Origin: an uncultured Acidimicrobiaceae bacterium
GTDB taxonomy: Bacteria; Actinomycetota; Acidimicrobiia; Acidimicrobiales; RAAP-2
NCBI GenBank assembly: GCA_963794215.1
Contig: CAWCCQ010000005.1
Span: 19,008 to 83,007 of the forward strand
Direction: 5' to 3'
Length of the DNA: 64,000 nucleotides
The notes beneath the pieces are model-generated. The model saw only the letters and a program-made list of their open reading frames with translations, was not told the DNA's origin and did no database searches. This document shows positions 41,963 to 50,431 of the stretch, piece by piece. Positions within the stretch are counted from its first letter, which is position 1. Every line of letters begins with the position of its first letter. The translations under genes were made by a program, and so were the position numbers.

Positions 41963-42634
41963 CTAGCGCCCGAGCTTGCCGCCGGCCAGATCCTCGGCCA
42001 TCGCCCACCCGAACGCGACCAAACGGTCACCTCGGGCGCTGTCGACGCCCTCGAAGAGGACCTCGACGCCTTCGGGAAGCTTGACCTTGGCCGCCAGGAA
42101 GTCCAGGCCGCCCGCAGCCGAGCGGTCGCCTTTGAGGACGAAGGTCCGGTCGTTGAGCCGTTCGTCGCAACCGAAGCGCTTGGCCAACCGACGGGCCCAG
42201 GCGCGCTCCTCTCCCGAGGGCTTGTGCCCCACGCTTGGGACGACGTCGACCAGGCCAGCAAAGGCCCGGAACCCCTCGGGGGTGAGGAGCCGGGTCCCGA
42301 GGAGAACGTCCTCGTCGGGGAAGGCCAACAGGGCTCGGCGGTACTGGTCGACCATGATCGCGCGCAGTACCGTCTCGGCCTTGGCTGTCCGGTCCACCGA
42401 GGCCAGTCCCACGAGCAAGGACGGAGTGCCCCCGATCCGCTCGAGCGTGCAGAACGAGTACCCGCGTAAGCGCGAGCCTTCGCGGGCGAGGGTCACGAGC
42501 ACCCACTCCTCGCGTTGCTTCGAGAGGAACCCGATGTCGAAAGCCGGAGGGCGCTCCGCGCAGAGGTCGGCCATCTCGCCCAGCTCCGCATCGCTGAGCG
42601 CGGTGCAGTCCTTGGTCATCGCTACCGTCGGCAT
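41963..42634 (-). CDS. hypothetical protein
   Basis: 223-aa ORF with good codon bias. No motif I can name; the size and secondary-structure feel are vaguely acyltransferase-like, but this is unsupported. Confidence 0.55.
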   Translation of the reverse strand: MPTVAMTKDCTALSDAELGEMADLCAERPPAFDIGFLSKQREEWVLVTLAREGSRLRGYSFCTLERIGGTPSLLVGLASVDRTAKAETVLRAIMVDQYRRALLAFPDEDVLLGTRLLTPEGFRAFAGLVDVVPSVGHKPSGEERAWARRLAKRFGCDERLNDRTFVLKGDRSAAGGLDFLAAKVKLPEGVEVLFEGVDSARGDRLVAFGWAMAEDLAGGKLGR

Positions 42635-42692
42635 GGCCCAATTCTACCGGTCGGCTGCAACCCTGTCCCACCCGAGTCGCCCAGCAGCCACC

Positions 42693-45600
42693 TCAGGGGA
42701 CGACGGCCCCAGCCCCGAGAAGCGCTTTGAGCTCCCCAACCAACCCGTTGCGGCTGTCGACGTTGAACTCGGGGGGCAAGCGCAGCACCTTCTCGCCCAC
42801 GTGCAACAGCACCGGCGACGCGCCCGGGTGCTCGACGAGGATGTCCTTCAAGCGGTGCACCGTGTCGTCGGTCAGCGCCACGAGCGGCAGTGCCAGACGC
42901 AGCTCGGCCGAGTCGTCGACGACCAGTACAGGGCGACGGGCCTCCATGCAGACCAGCTTGGCCTGCTCGTCACGCAGGTCGATGCGGCCACGGACGACGA
43001 CGACGGCGTCGTTCTCGAGCAATGCGCCGTACTCGGCCATCACCCGGGGGAACACGAAGACCTCCATCGACGCCTCGAGGTCCTCGAGCACGAACCGGGC
43101 CATCAGATCACCCTTCTTCGTGGTCGTCCGCCGCAGCTCGGTCACCACGCCGCCCACCGAGCGCACCGTCCCCTCCGAGGCGTAGCCGCCCTCGGGCGCG
43201 CCGACGGCCGACGCCTCGATCAGATCGGCCAGCGTGCAGTCGGTGTGCCGTGACAATGCTGGCTGCAGGCCCATGAGCGGGTGGTCGCTCACGTAGAGTC
43301 CCAGCATCTCCTTCTCGAAGGCGAGCCGCTGGGACTTGGCGAACTCGGTGGCGGGCACTGCCACCCGCGTCCCTTCCCAGCGTCCGGCGTCCTGGCTCGG
43401 GTCAGCGGGCTCGAGCGAGGAGAAGAGCGTGGCGATCCCCATGTCGTGCTCCCGACGACGCTCAAGCGTCCGGTCCACGATCTCGTCGAGCACGAGGCAC
43501 AGCCCCTGGCGAGGATGCTCGAGCGAATCGAACGCCCCCCCTTTGACCAGGGACTCCATGGTCCGCTTGTTCAGGACCATCGGGTCGACCCGCCGGCAGA
43601 AGTCATAGATGTCGGCGAACGGGCCCTGCGCGTTCCGCTCGGCGACGATGCGCTCGACCAGTGCCTCGCCGACATTCCGGATGGCGGCCAACCCGAACAC
43701 GATGCCCGGCCCCACACCGTCGTCGAATGGTCGCGGGGCGAATTCGGCGACCGAACGGTTCACGTCGGGCACGGCGACCTCGATCCCCATGGATCGGCAT
43801 TCGCCCAGGTAGACCGCGGTTTTGTCTTTGTTGTCCTTCACCGAGGTGAGTAGGGCGGCCATGTACTCGACCGGGTGGTGCGCCTTGAGCCACGCGGTCT
43901 GGTACGCCACGAGGCCGTAGCCATAGGAGTGTGACTTGTTGAACGCGTAGTCCACGAAGGGCTCAATGATGTCGAAGAGCTCGGTCCCGAGTCGGTCGCC
44001 GTAGCCCTGGGTCACGCATCCGGCCACGAACTTCTCCCGCTCGGCGGCGATGAGCGCCCGGATCTTCTTGCCGCACGCCTTGCGCAGGTTGTCGGCCTCC
44101 TCGAGCGTGTAGCCCGCGAACTTCTGGGCAACTCGCATGACCGACTCCTGGTAGATCATGAGGCCCTGGGTATCGGCGAGGATCGGCTCGAGGTCGGGAT
44201 GCTCGTAACGGATCGGCTTGCGGCCGTTCTTGCGGTCGGCGTAGTCGTTGTGCATGTTGGCCGCCATCGGGCCCGGCCGGTACAGCGCGACGAGCGCGGC
44301 CACGTCGTCGAAGCTCGTCGGGGCGAGCGAGCGCATGAGCGCGCGCATCGGGCCGCCCTCGAGCTGGAACACCCCAACCGAGTCGCCGCGGCGCAAGAGC
44401 GCCAGCGTCTCGTCGTCGTCGAGTGCCACGCCGTCGATGTCGGGCCGGGTGCCGGTGCTCGAGGCGATCAAGTCGAGGGAACGCTCGATCACCGACAGGT
44501 TGCGCAGCCCGAGGAAATCCATCTTGAGCAGGCCCAGCTCCTCGACACCGTGCATCTCGTACTGCGTGACGATGGGCGCGTCCTCGGGCTTGCCCCCGGC
44601 GTCGGGTTTGCGCTGGATCGGCAGGTACTCGGTGAGCGGGTCCTTGGTGATCACCACCGCCGCGGCATGAATCCCGTCCTGGCGTCGGAGGCCCTCGAGC
44701 CCCTTGGCCACATCGACGACCTGGTGGACCTCAGGATCCTGCTCGTACATGGCCCGAAGCTCGGCTGCTGCGCCGTACCCATCCTCATAGCCCTCGGTCT
44801 TGGCGAGGCAGGCCCACAGCGGCGTGTCGCGCCCCATGACCAGGGGTGGCATGGCCTTGGCGATCTTGTCGCCCACGAGGTAGGGCAGCCCGAGGACCCG
44901 CGCCGCGTCCCGCACCGCCGCCCGGGCCTTGATGGTCGAGAACGTCACGATCTGGGCGACCCGATCACTGCCGTAGCGCTCTGCCGCGTAGCGGATCATG
45001 TCGCCCCGGTAGCGCTCGTCGAAGTCCATGTCGATGTCGGGCATCTGCTTGCGGCCCGGATTGAGGAATCGCTCGAAGAGCAGGTCGTAGCGGATCGGGT
45101 CGAGGTCCACGATCCGCAGGCAGTAGGCCACGCAACACCCCGCCGCCGACCCGCGACCCGGTCCGACCCGAATCCCCGAGTCGCGCGCGAAGCGGATGAG
45201 GTCCCACACCACCAGGAAGTAGGCAGCAAACCCCATGTCCCCGATGACCCCGAGCTCGTAGTCGAGCCGGGACCGAACCTCGTCGGGTAGCCCCTCGCCG
45301 TAGCGCTCGTGGGCCCCGTGGAAGGTGAGCTCACGCAGGTAGGCCATGGCCCGTTGGTCGTAGGTCGACCCGGTGATCCGCTCAGGGACAGGGAACTCGG
45401 GCAGGCTGGGCTTGCCGAGTTCGAGGTCGACGTGGGCGCGTTCGGCGATCAGCAGGGTGTTGTCACACGTTTCGGGCAGCTCGCCGAAGAGGTGGCGCAT
45501 CTCGGCGGCCGTCTTGAGGTAGTGCTCGGTCCCCTCGAACTTGAACCGCTTGGGGTCGTCGATGGTGGCCCCGGTCTGGACGCAGAGCAACGCGTCATGC

Positions 45601-46292
45601 GAGACGGCGTCCTCGCGGTGCGTGTAGTGGCTGTCGTTGGTGGCTACCAACGGCGCACCGATACGACGGGCGATCTCGACCAGCTGTGGGTTGGTCTGGG
45701 TCTGCGCGGCGATGCCGTGGTCCTGGACCTCGACGAACAAGCTGTCACGCCCGAAGATGTCCTGGAGTCGGGCCGCTCGTTGCGTGGCCCCCTCCACATC
45801 GCCGGCGAGCAGCGCCTGGGCCACGACCCCCCCGAGACAACCGGTGGTCGCGATAATCCCGTGGTGGTGGCGCTCGAGCAGCTCCCAGTCGACCCGGGGC
45901 TTGTAGTAGTACCCCTCGAGGTAGGCCGCCGAGGACAGCTTGAGCAGGTTTCGGTAGCCCTCGGTGGTCTCGGCGAGCAGGGTGAGGTGGTAGTAGAGCT
46001 TCTGGCCACCCTCGACGTCACCGCCGGTGTCGTCGACCTTGCCACGCCGCACCGGGCGCTCGTGGCGTGACTCGGCCGCCATATAGGCCTCGGTGCCGAT
46101 GACCGGGTTGATCCCCGCGTCGGTGCAAGCCTTGTAGAAGTCGAGGACGCCGTACATGTTGCCGTGGTCGGTGATCCCGAGCCCGGGCTGTCCGTCTTCG
46201 GCCGCGGCCCGGACCAGGTCCTTGACCCGCGCCGCGCCGTCGAGCATCGAGAACTCGGTGTGGGTGTGCAGGTGCGTGAACGACCGAGCCAT
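42693..46292 (-). CDS. dnaE: DNA polymerase III subunit alpha
   Basis: 1199 aa from ATG 46292, which is preceded by GGAGGAGGG. The PHP domain HLHTHTEFSMLDGA, the polymerase core and a C-terminal OB fold are all in one frame. Confidence 0.97.
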   Translation of the reverse strand: MARSFTHLHTHTEFSMLDGAARVKDLVRAAAEDGQPGLGITDHGNMYGVLDFYKACTDAGINPVIGTEAYMAAESRHERPVRRGKVDDTGGDVEGGQKLYYHLTLLAETTEGYRNLLKLSSAAYLEGYYYKPRVDWELLERHHHGIIATTGCLGGVVAQALLAGDVEGATQRAARLQDIFGRDSLFVEVQDHGIAAQTQTNPQLVEIARRIGAPLVATNDSHYTHREDAVSHDALLCVQTGATIDDPKRFKFEGTEHYLKTAAEMRHLFGELPETCDNTLLIAERAHVDLELGKPSLPEFPVPERITGSTYDQRAMAYLRELTFHGAHERYGEGLPDEVRSRLDYELGVIGDMGFAAYFLVVWDLIRFARDSGIRVGPGRGSAAGCCVAYCLRIVDLDPIRYDLLFERFLNPGRKQMPDIDMDFDERYRGDMIRYAAERYGSDRVAQIVTFSTIKARAAVRDAARVLGLPYLVGDKIAKAMPPLVMGRDTPLWACLAKTEGYEDGYGAAAELRAMYEQDPEVHQVVDVAKGLEGLRRQDGIHAAAVVITKDPLTEYLPIQRKPDAGGKPEDAPIVTQYEMHGVEELGLLKMDFLGLRNLSVIERSLDLIASSTGTRPDIDGVALDDDETLALLRRGDSVGVFQLEGGPMRALMRSLAPTSFDDVAALVALYRPGPMAANMHNDYADRKNGRKPIRYEHPDLEPILADTQGLMIYQESVMRVAQKFAGYTLEEADNLRKACGKKIRALIAAEREKFVAGCVTQGYGDRLGTELFDIIEPFVDYAFNKSHSYGYGLVAYQTAWLKAHHPVEYMAALLTSVKDNKDKTAVYLGECRSMGIEVAVPDVNRSVAEFAPRPFDDGVGPGIVFGLAAIRNVGEALVERIVAERNAQGPFADIYDFCRRVDPMVLNKRTMESLVKGGAFDSLEHPRQGLCLVLDEIVDRTLERRREHDMGIATLFSSLEPADPSQDAGRWEGTRVAVPATEFAKSQRLAFEKEMLGLYVSDHPLMGLQPALSRHTDCTLADLIEASAVGAPEGGYASEGTVRSVGGVVTELRRTTTKKGDLMARFVLEDLEASMEVFVFPRVMAEYGALLENDAVVVVRGRIDLRDEQAKLVCMEARRPVLVVDDSAELRLALPLVALTDDTVHRLKDILVEHPGASPVLLHVGEKVLRLPPEFNVDSRNGLVGELKALLGAGAVVP

Positions 46293-46464
46293 CGATGCTG
46301 CCAATGCCACCCTCCTCCGGGCGTCCGCAAGGTTCTCCACACCCTGTGGACGAGTTACAGGGGTGTGATTCCGAACATAGCGCAGCGGGTCGGGGCGGCG
46401 CAGCGCCACCGCCGGGCGGGGCGCGACGCACCCTCGGCGGCCGCCGACGTGCCACGATCGTGCC

Positions 46465-47154
46465 GTGCGCGTCATCCGATGCTTCGGCTTCACCGACCTG
46501 TCCGGCTTCACCGCGTTGACCGAGAGCGAGGGCGACGAACGGGCCGTGCGGGTGCTCACGGCGTTCAGGACCCTGCTGCGCGAGATCTGCTCGCGCCGAG
46601 GTGTGCGGATCGCCAAGTGGCTCGGCGACGGCGCCATGCTGGTCGGCGTCGAGCCGACGCCCCTCCTGGCGGCCACCCTCGAGATGCACTGGGCCATCGA
46701 GTGTGCGCAGACGCCCAGCGAGCGCTTCGCCGTGCGCACCGGTATTTCGGCCGGCGAGGTGATCCTGCTCGAGGGGGACGACTACATCGGCCACCCGGTG
46801 AACGTGGCCGCTCGACTCTGCGACCAGGCCGAAGGTGGCCAGCTCCTGGCGGACGCCGCCCTGGTGAGCGCCCTGCCCAAATGGGGCACCCCGACCGATC
46901 GGCGCGAGGTGGCTCTCCGCGGGCTCGAGCGACCTCTCTCGGTGGCGACTCTCGGGATGCGGGCGCTCGAAGGCAGCGCCGTACCCGACCCGGTGTGCGG
47001 GATACCGCTCAGCGCCGCGGTGGCCGAGGCTATCGCCGTCGACCCCCTGGGCAACGAGGTCTGGTTCTGCGCCGACAGCTGCCGCGACACGTGGGAGCGC
47101 CGCCCTGCTCCACCCTCCGACGAGTTCGGGAGCCTGCGGACCCCGCTGCTCTGA
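46465..47154 (+). CDS. class III adenylate/guanylate cyclase catalytic domain fused to a YHS/TRASH-like C-terminal module
   Basis: The N-terminal ~165 aa carry FGFTDLSGFT and WLGDGAM (metal Asp residues) and GHPVNVAARL (Asn/Arg). The C-terminus DPVCGIPLSAAVAEAIAVDPLGNEVWFCADSCRDTW fits the DPVCG...FCS..C pattern of YHS/TRASH domains. Confidence 0.72.
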   Translation: MRVIRCFGFTDLSGFTALTESEGDERAVRVLTAFRTLLREICSRRGVRIAKWLGDGAMLVGVEPTPLLAATLEMHWAIECAQTPSERFAVRTGISAGEVILLEGDDYIGHPVNVAARLCDQAEGGQLLADAALVSALPKWGTPTDRREVALRGLERPLSVATLGMRALEGSAVPDPVCGIPLSAAVAEAIAVDPLGNEVWFCADSCRDTWERRPAPPSDEFGSLRTPLL

Positions 47155-47192
47155 CCGCCAAGGACCGCTCAGGCCGGCGTGATCGACGGGTG

Positions 47193-47750
47193 CTACAGGT
47201 AGGTGCCGGGCCGGGCCGGCGTGGCATCGGGGCCGGGCGGCAGACCCCGCTGGCGCATCTCGTCCAGCTGGGCCCGGGCAGCCATCTGCTGGGCCATCAA
47301 GGCCGCCTGGATCCCGTGGAAGAGACCCTCGAGCCACCCTACGAGCTGTGCTTGGGCGATTCGCAGCTCGGACTCCGACGGGGCGGCTTCATCGAACGGC
47401 GTTGCCATCCGGTCCAGCTCCGCCGCCAGATCCGGCGAGAGTCCGCTCGCCAGCTCTCGCACCGATTGCTCGTAGATCTCCCGGAGGCGGACCCGTCCGG
47501 CCTCGTCGAGTGGGGCCTGACGGACCTCCTCGAGCAGCTGCTTGACCATCGAGCCGATCCGCATGACCTTCGCGGGTTGCGCGATGGACTCGCCCCGCTC
47601 GTCGCTCTGGTCCGACCCGGCCACCGCCTCGTCGGACTCCGCACCATGGGTCCCCGACCGGATCGCCGGAAGCACCTCATCCGGTGCCACCGCCCCCGAT
47701 CCATCCTCCGAGGCCATCGGCACACCACTCAGTCGTCCATCTGTTGGCAT
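47193..47750 (-). CDS. bpa: bacterial proteasome activator (Bpa/PafE family)
   Basis: AQPAKVMRIGSMVKQLLEEVRQAPLDEAGRVRLREIY...ELRIAQAQLVGWLEGLFHGIQAALMAQQMAARAQL is colinear with mycobacterial Bpa as I remember it. It ends in PGTYL; the canonical end is GQYL. Confidence 0.85.
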   Translation of the reverse strand: MPTDGRLSGVPMASEDGSGAVAPDEVLPAIRSGTHGAESDEAVAGSDQSDERGESIAQPAKVMRIGSMVKQLLEEVRQAPLDEAGRVRLREIYEQSVRELASGLSPDLAAELDRMATPFDEAAPSESELRIAQAQLVGWLEGLFHGIQAALMAQQMAARAQLDEMRQRGLPPGPDATPARPGTYL

Positions 47751-47783
47751 GGTCCGATGATGCCACCGCCGGGCGATCTCTAT

Positions 47784-48953
47784 TCACCCGGCGGGCGACA
47801 CCCAGCCGAGCAGGGGGACCAGCATCTCGCTGGCAGTGAGCGAGCCGTGGCGCGCCACCAGACGCTGCTCCCCGGTGTCGGCCGGGTCGAGGAACGCTGT
47901 CGGCTCGAAAGGAGCCAGCACGACGTCGCCCAATCGGTCCGCCACGTCGGGAACAGGTTCGCCTCCGAGCCACCCCTCCTCGATCACCTGCTCGCGGGTC
48001 CTGACCCAGGCGATGGATCCATACCGGTCCTGGGCGGCGGCGGCCACATCGTCGGCGGCACCGGGACGGACGTGGAGCCACCGGAACCTCCCCTCCCCCG
48101 ACATCAGGACCACCGCGTCCATCAGGTCGCTGCCGAGCACCTCGACGTTCTGGCCGACCTCCACCTGCCCGTGGTCCGCGGTCACCACCAAGGCGGAGCC
48201 GGGGGGCAGCACTTCGAGCACGCTCGCCACCAGTCGGTCCGCCGACCGGAGCTCGAACTGGTAATGGTCGCCGAGCCCGGTGGCGTGCGCCACCCGGTCG
48301 ATGCCATCGTAATAGGCGTAGACGAACCGGTCACCCCGCTCGAGCAAGCCTCGCACCTCGAGCGGGATGCTCGAGGAGACGTGCCAGCCATGCAGCTCAG
48401 AGTTCCCGAGGTGCGCCGCGGAGAACCCGGTCGACGCGTAATCCGCCCTAGTGACGACCGGGACGACGCTCGGCCAACCCGGGAATGCCGGGAACGGCTG
48501 GAAACGGGCGGGCGGCTTGAGGGTTCGGGCGTCGCCACCGTGGTACCGCCAGCGCAACACGTTGAGGATCTGGCCCTCGAGCGCGATCCGATAGCCCACG
48601 ATGCCGTGCACCGCGGGAGGCAGCCCGGTGACGAGACTGGTCATCGCCGTGGCTGTCGTGCTGGGCGCCACCGAGGTCGCCATGATGGGACCGCCGCTGA
48701 CCAGCGTAGGGACGTGCGCTGCCTGGGCAGCCAGCTGCTCGGCACCCAGCCCGTCGAGGACAAGCAACACGACCTGTCGAGCTCCCCTCACGGCGTCGGG
48801 CAGCCAGGCGGTCTGGTCGCCGGAGGCACCGAGGGCACCCAAAAGCGCTGGAACGATGTTGGTCAGACAGGCGCCGTCGAAATCGGGAAGAACGGGCTCG
48901 GGCGCGCTCTGCACCTGGCCACCATAAGTCGCCGGCCCACGTGGGCACAGCAT
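47784..48953 (-). CDS. alkaline-phosphatase-superfamily (phosphodiesterase/pyrophosphatase-like) protein
   Basis: 389 aa from ATG 48953, which is preceded by GGGAGGAGA. It carries VLLVLDGLGAEQL, SVAPSTTATAMTSLVTGL, YYDGIDRVAHATG and VVTADHGQV metal and nucleophile motifs. Confidence 0.7.
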   Translation of the reverse strand: MLCPRGPATYGGQVQSAPEPVLPDFDGACLTNIVPALLGALGASGDQTAWLPDAVRGARQVVLLVLDGLGAEQLAAQAAHVPTLVSGGPIMATSVAPSTTATAMTSLVTGLPPAVHGIVGYRIALEGQILNVLRWRYHGGDARTLKPPARFQPFPAFPGWPSVVPVVTRADYASTGFSAAHLGNSELHGWHVSSSIPLEVRGLLERGDRFVYAYYDGIDRVAHATGLGDHYQFELRSADRLVASVLEVLPPGSALVVTADHGQVEVGQNVEVLGSDLMDAVVLMSGEGRFRWLHVRPGAADDVAAAAQDRYGSIAWVRTREQVIEEGWLGGEPVPDVADRLGDVVLAPFEPTAFLDPADTGEQRLVARHGSLTASEMLVPLLGWVSPAG

Positions 48954-48983
48954 TCTCCTCCCTGGGCAGTAGCATTGGATTGC

Positions 48984-49607
48984 GTGAAGGTCTCGACACG
49001 CGGTGACTATGCCAGCCGGGCACTCCTGTCGCTCGCGCTGCACGGGGCCCAGGTCACGCCGACGTCGGTCCGCGACATCGCCGAGCGGACCGCGCTCCCC
49101 CAGCCCTACCTCGAGCAGATCCTGTTGGCACTGAAGGGGGCTGGTCTCGTCCGTTCCAAGCGGGGGGTCGGGGGCGGCTACGTGCTCGCTCGCGATCCCG
49201 CGAGCATCACCTTGGCGCAGATCGTCTCAGCCGTTGACGGGCCCATCGTGGCGGGTGACTTCGGCGAGCCCCATACCGACGGCGCGTGCGACCACGAGGG
49301 TCAGTGTGTGCTCCTCGCCCTGTGGGCCGAGGTGGGCGAGACCATCCGCACCCACCTGCAGTCCTTCACCCTCGCCGACATGGTGAGCAGAGCCCACGGC
49401 GGATCCCCGATCCCCGGTGACCCCGAGCTCCCGGAGGGCTCTGAGGCCCCGGGGCGGCCCGGAGACGTCGTCGTGGCTGCCACCGCCAGCCCGGCCCTGA
49501 GGGGTGGCTCTGTCAATCGCAGGGGCTCTGGCAATGGCAGTGGCGCGGTCAGTGGCAGTGGCGCGGTCAACGGCTCGCCACGACCGGCTCGTTCCACCGC
49601 TCGATAA
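48984..49607 (+). CDS. Rrf2-family transcriptional regulator with a ~60-aa low-complexity tail
   Basis: VKVSTRGDYASRALLSLAL...SVRDIAERTALPQPYLEQILLALKGAGLVRSKRGVGGGYVLAR is a winged HTH domain. The tail contains a GSGAVS/GSGAVN duplication and overlaps the convergent gene by 41 nt. Confidence 0.8.
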   Translation: MKVSTRGDYASRALLSLALHGAQVTPTSVRDIAERTALPQPYLEQILLALKGAGLVRSKRGVGGGYVLARDPASITLAQIVSAVDGPIVAGDFGEPHTDGACDHEGQCVLLALWAEVGETIRTHLQSFTLADMVSRAHGGSPIPGDPELPEGSEAPGRPGDVVVAATASPALRGGSVNRRGSGNGSGAVSGSGAVNGSPRPARSTAR

Positions 49608-50157
49608 CCGGCATCTCCCGCTCCCACCCGGCGATCCCGGTCGAGGCCGTGCCGAGCATCAACAGCCTGCCGCCGACCGGCGGAAGCCCAACCCAACGAG
49701 CCGCCAGCACCCGCAGCAGGTGCCCGTGGGCGAAGCACAGCACGTCGCCGTCCAGCCCCCTCACCCTGGCCACGACCCGGTCAGCCCGATGGCCCACGTC
49801 CGACGCCGTCTCGCCGTTGGGAACGCCGTCGGCCCACAAGGACCAGCCGGGCCGATTCTGTCGGATCGCCAGCGTGGTCAGTCCTTCGTAGTCGCCGTAG
49901 TCCCACTCGGCAAGGTCCTCACAGACTTCGGCGACGTCGCCGAACCCCGCGAGCGCGCAAGTCTCGAGCGCCCGCTCAAGCGGGCTGGTGAGGACCAGGG
50001 CGAAGGTGTGGCTCGCCAACCGTCGCCCGAGGGCGATCGCCTGATCGCGACCGCGGTCGGTGAGCGGAACGTCAGTCCGACCGGTATGGCGCCCCTCGCT
50101 GCTCCACTCCGTCTCCCCATGGCGGGCCATGATCAGGCAGGGCCGATGGTCAGTCAC
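49567..50157 (-). CDS. histidine phosphatase (phosphoglycerate mutase-like) family protein
   Basis: Catalytic ARHGETEWS (RHGE) motif, LTSPLERALET, and the late FAHGH motif; 196 aa. Confidence 0.85.
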   Translation of the reverse strand: MTDHRPCLIMARHGETEWSSEGRHTGRTDVPLTDRGRDQAIALGRRLASHTFALVLTSPLERALETCALAGFGDVAEVCEDLAEWDYGDYEGLTTLAIRQNRPGWSLWADGVPNGETASDVGHRADRVVARVRGLDGDVLCFAHGHLLRVLAARWVGLPPVGGRLLMLGTASTGIAGWEREMPVIERWNEPVVASR

Positions 50158-50175
50158 CGCATCGACCCCTACTGT

Positions 50176-50226
50176 TCATGAGTATCCACCGATCATGAGT
50201 ATCTGCCGATCATCGGTATCTGCCGA
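50176..50226. repeat. three tandem 17-bp repeats in a lower-GC divergent intergenic region
   Basis: TCATGAGTATCCACCGA (50176-50192), TCATGAGTATCTGCCGA (50193-50209) and TCATCGGTATCTGCCGA (50210-50226). These are followed by AACCGTCCATCAC / AACCGTTCATCGG half-repeats flanking the palindrome ATCAC-TAG-GTGAT. Confidence 0.9.
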
Positions 50227-50431
50227 CCCGAACCGTCCATCACTAGGTGATCCCAACCGTTCATCGGCGCCCCGAGCACACTACCGGGGAGCCTCTTGAA
50301 GAGCCCCGATCGTGGAATGCCACGCTCGGGTCAGGCGTTGCATTTCACCGGATGAGTATGAGGCGAGTGGGTATGAAACGAGCGAAGGTCGTCAGGACAA
50401 GTACGAGGGGTCGGAACGGACGGGTGAGCCG

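Noticed and set aside
46371-46383. CCGAACATAGCGC upstream of dnaE resembles one half of the actinobacterial SOS box (TCGAAC-N4-GTTCGA).
   Set aside because: Only one half-site is present and the second half does not match. The replicative dnaE is not expected to be LexA-regulated.
46164-49607. Very long ORFs antisense to, or out of frame with, real genes. Examples are 1147 aa at 46164-49607, 924 aa at 39136-41910, 676 aa at 31028-33058, 665 aa at 59680-61677, 540 aa at 5407-7029, and 507 aa at 38972-40495.
   Set aside because: Their translations are Arg/Pro/Gly/Ala-rich low-complexity strings typical of stop-poor alternative frames in very GC-rich DNA. Each overlaps a gene with clear family motifs on the other strand or frame. 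Only the last 207 codons of 46164-49607 (the Rrf2 regulator) and the last 247 codons of 39136-41910 are real.
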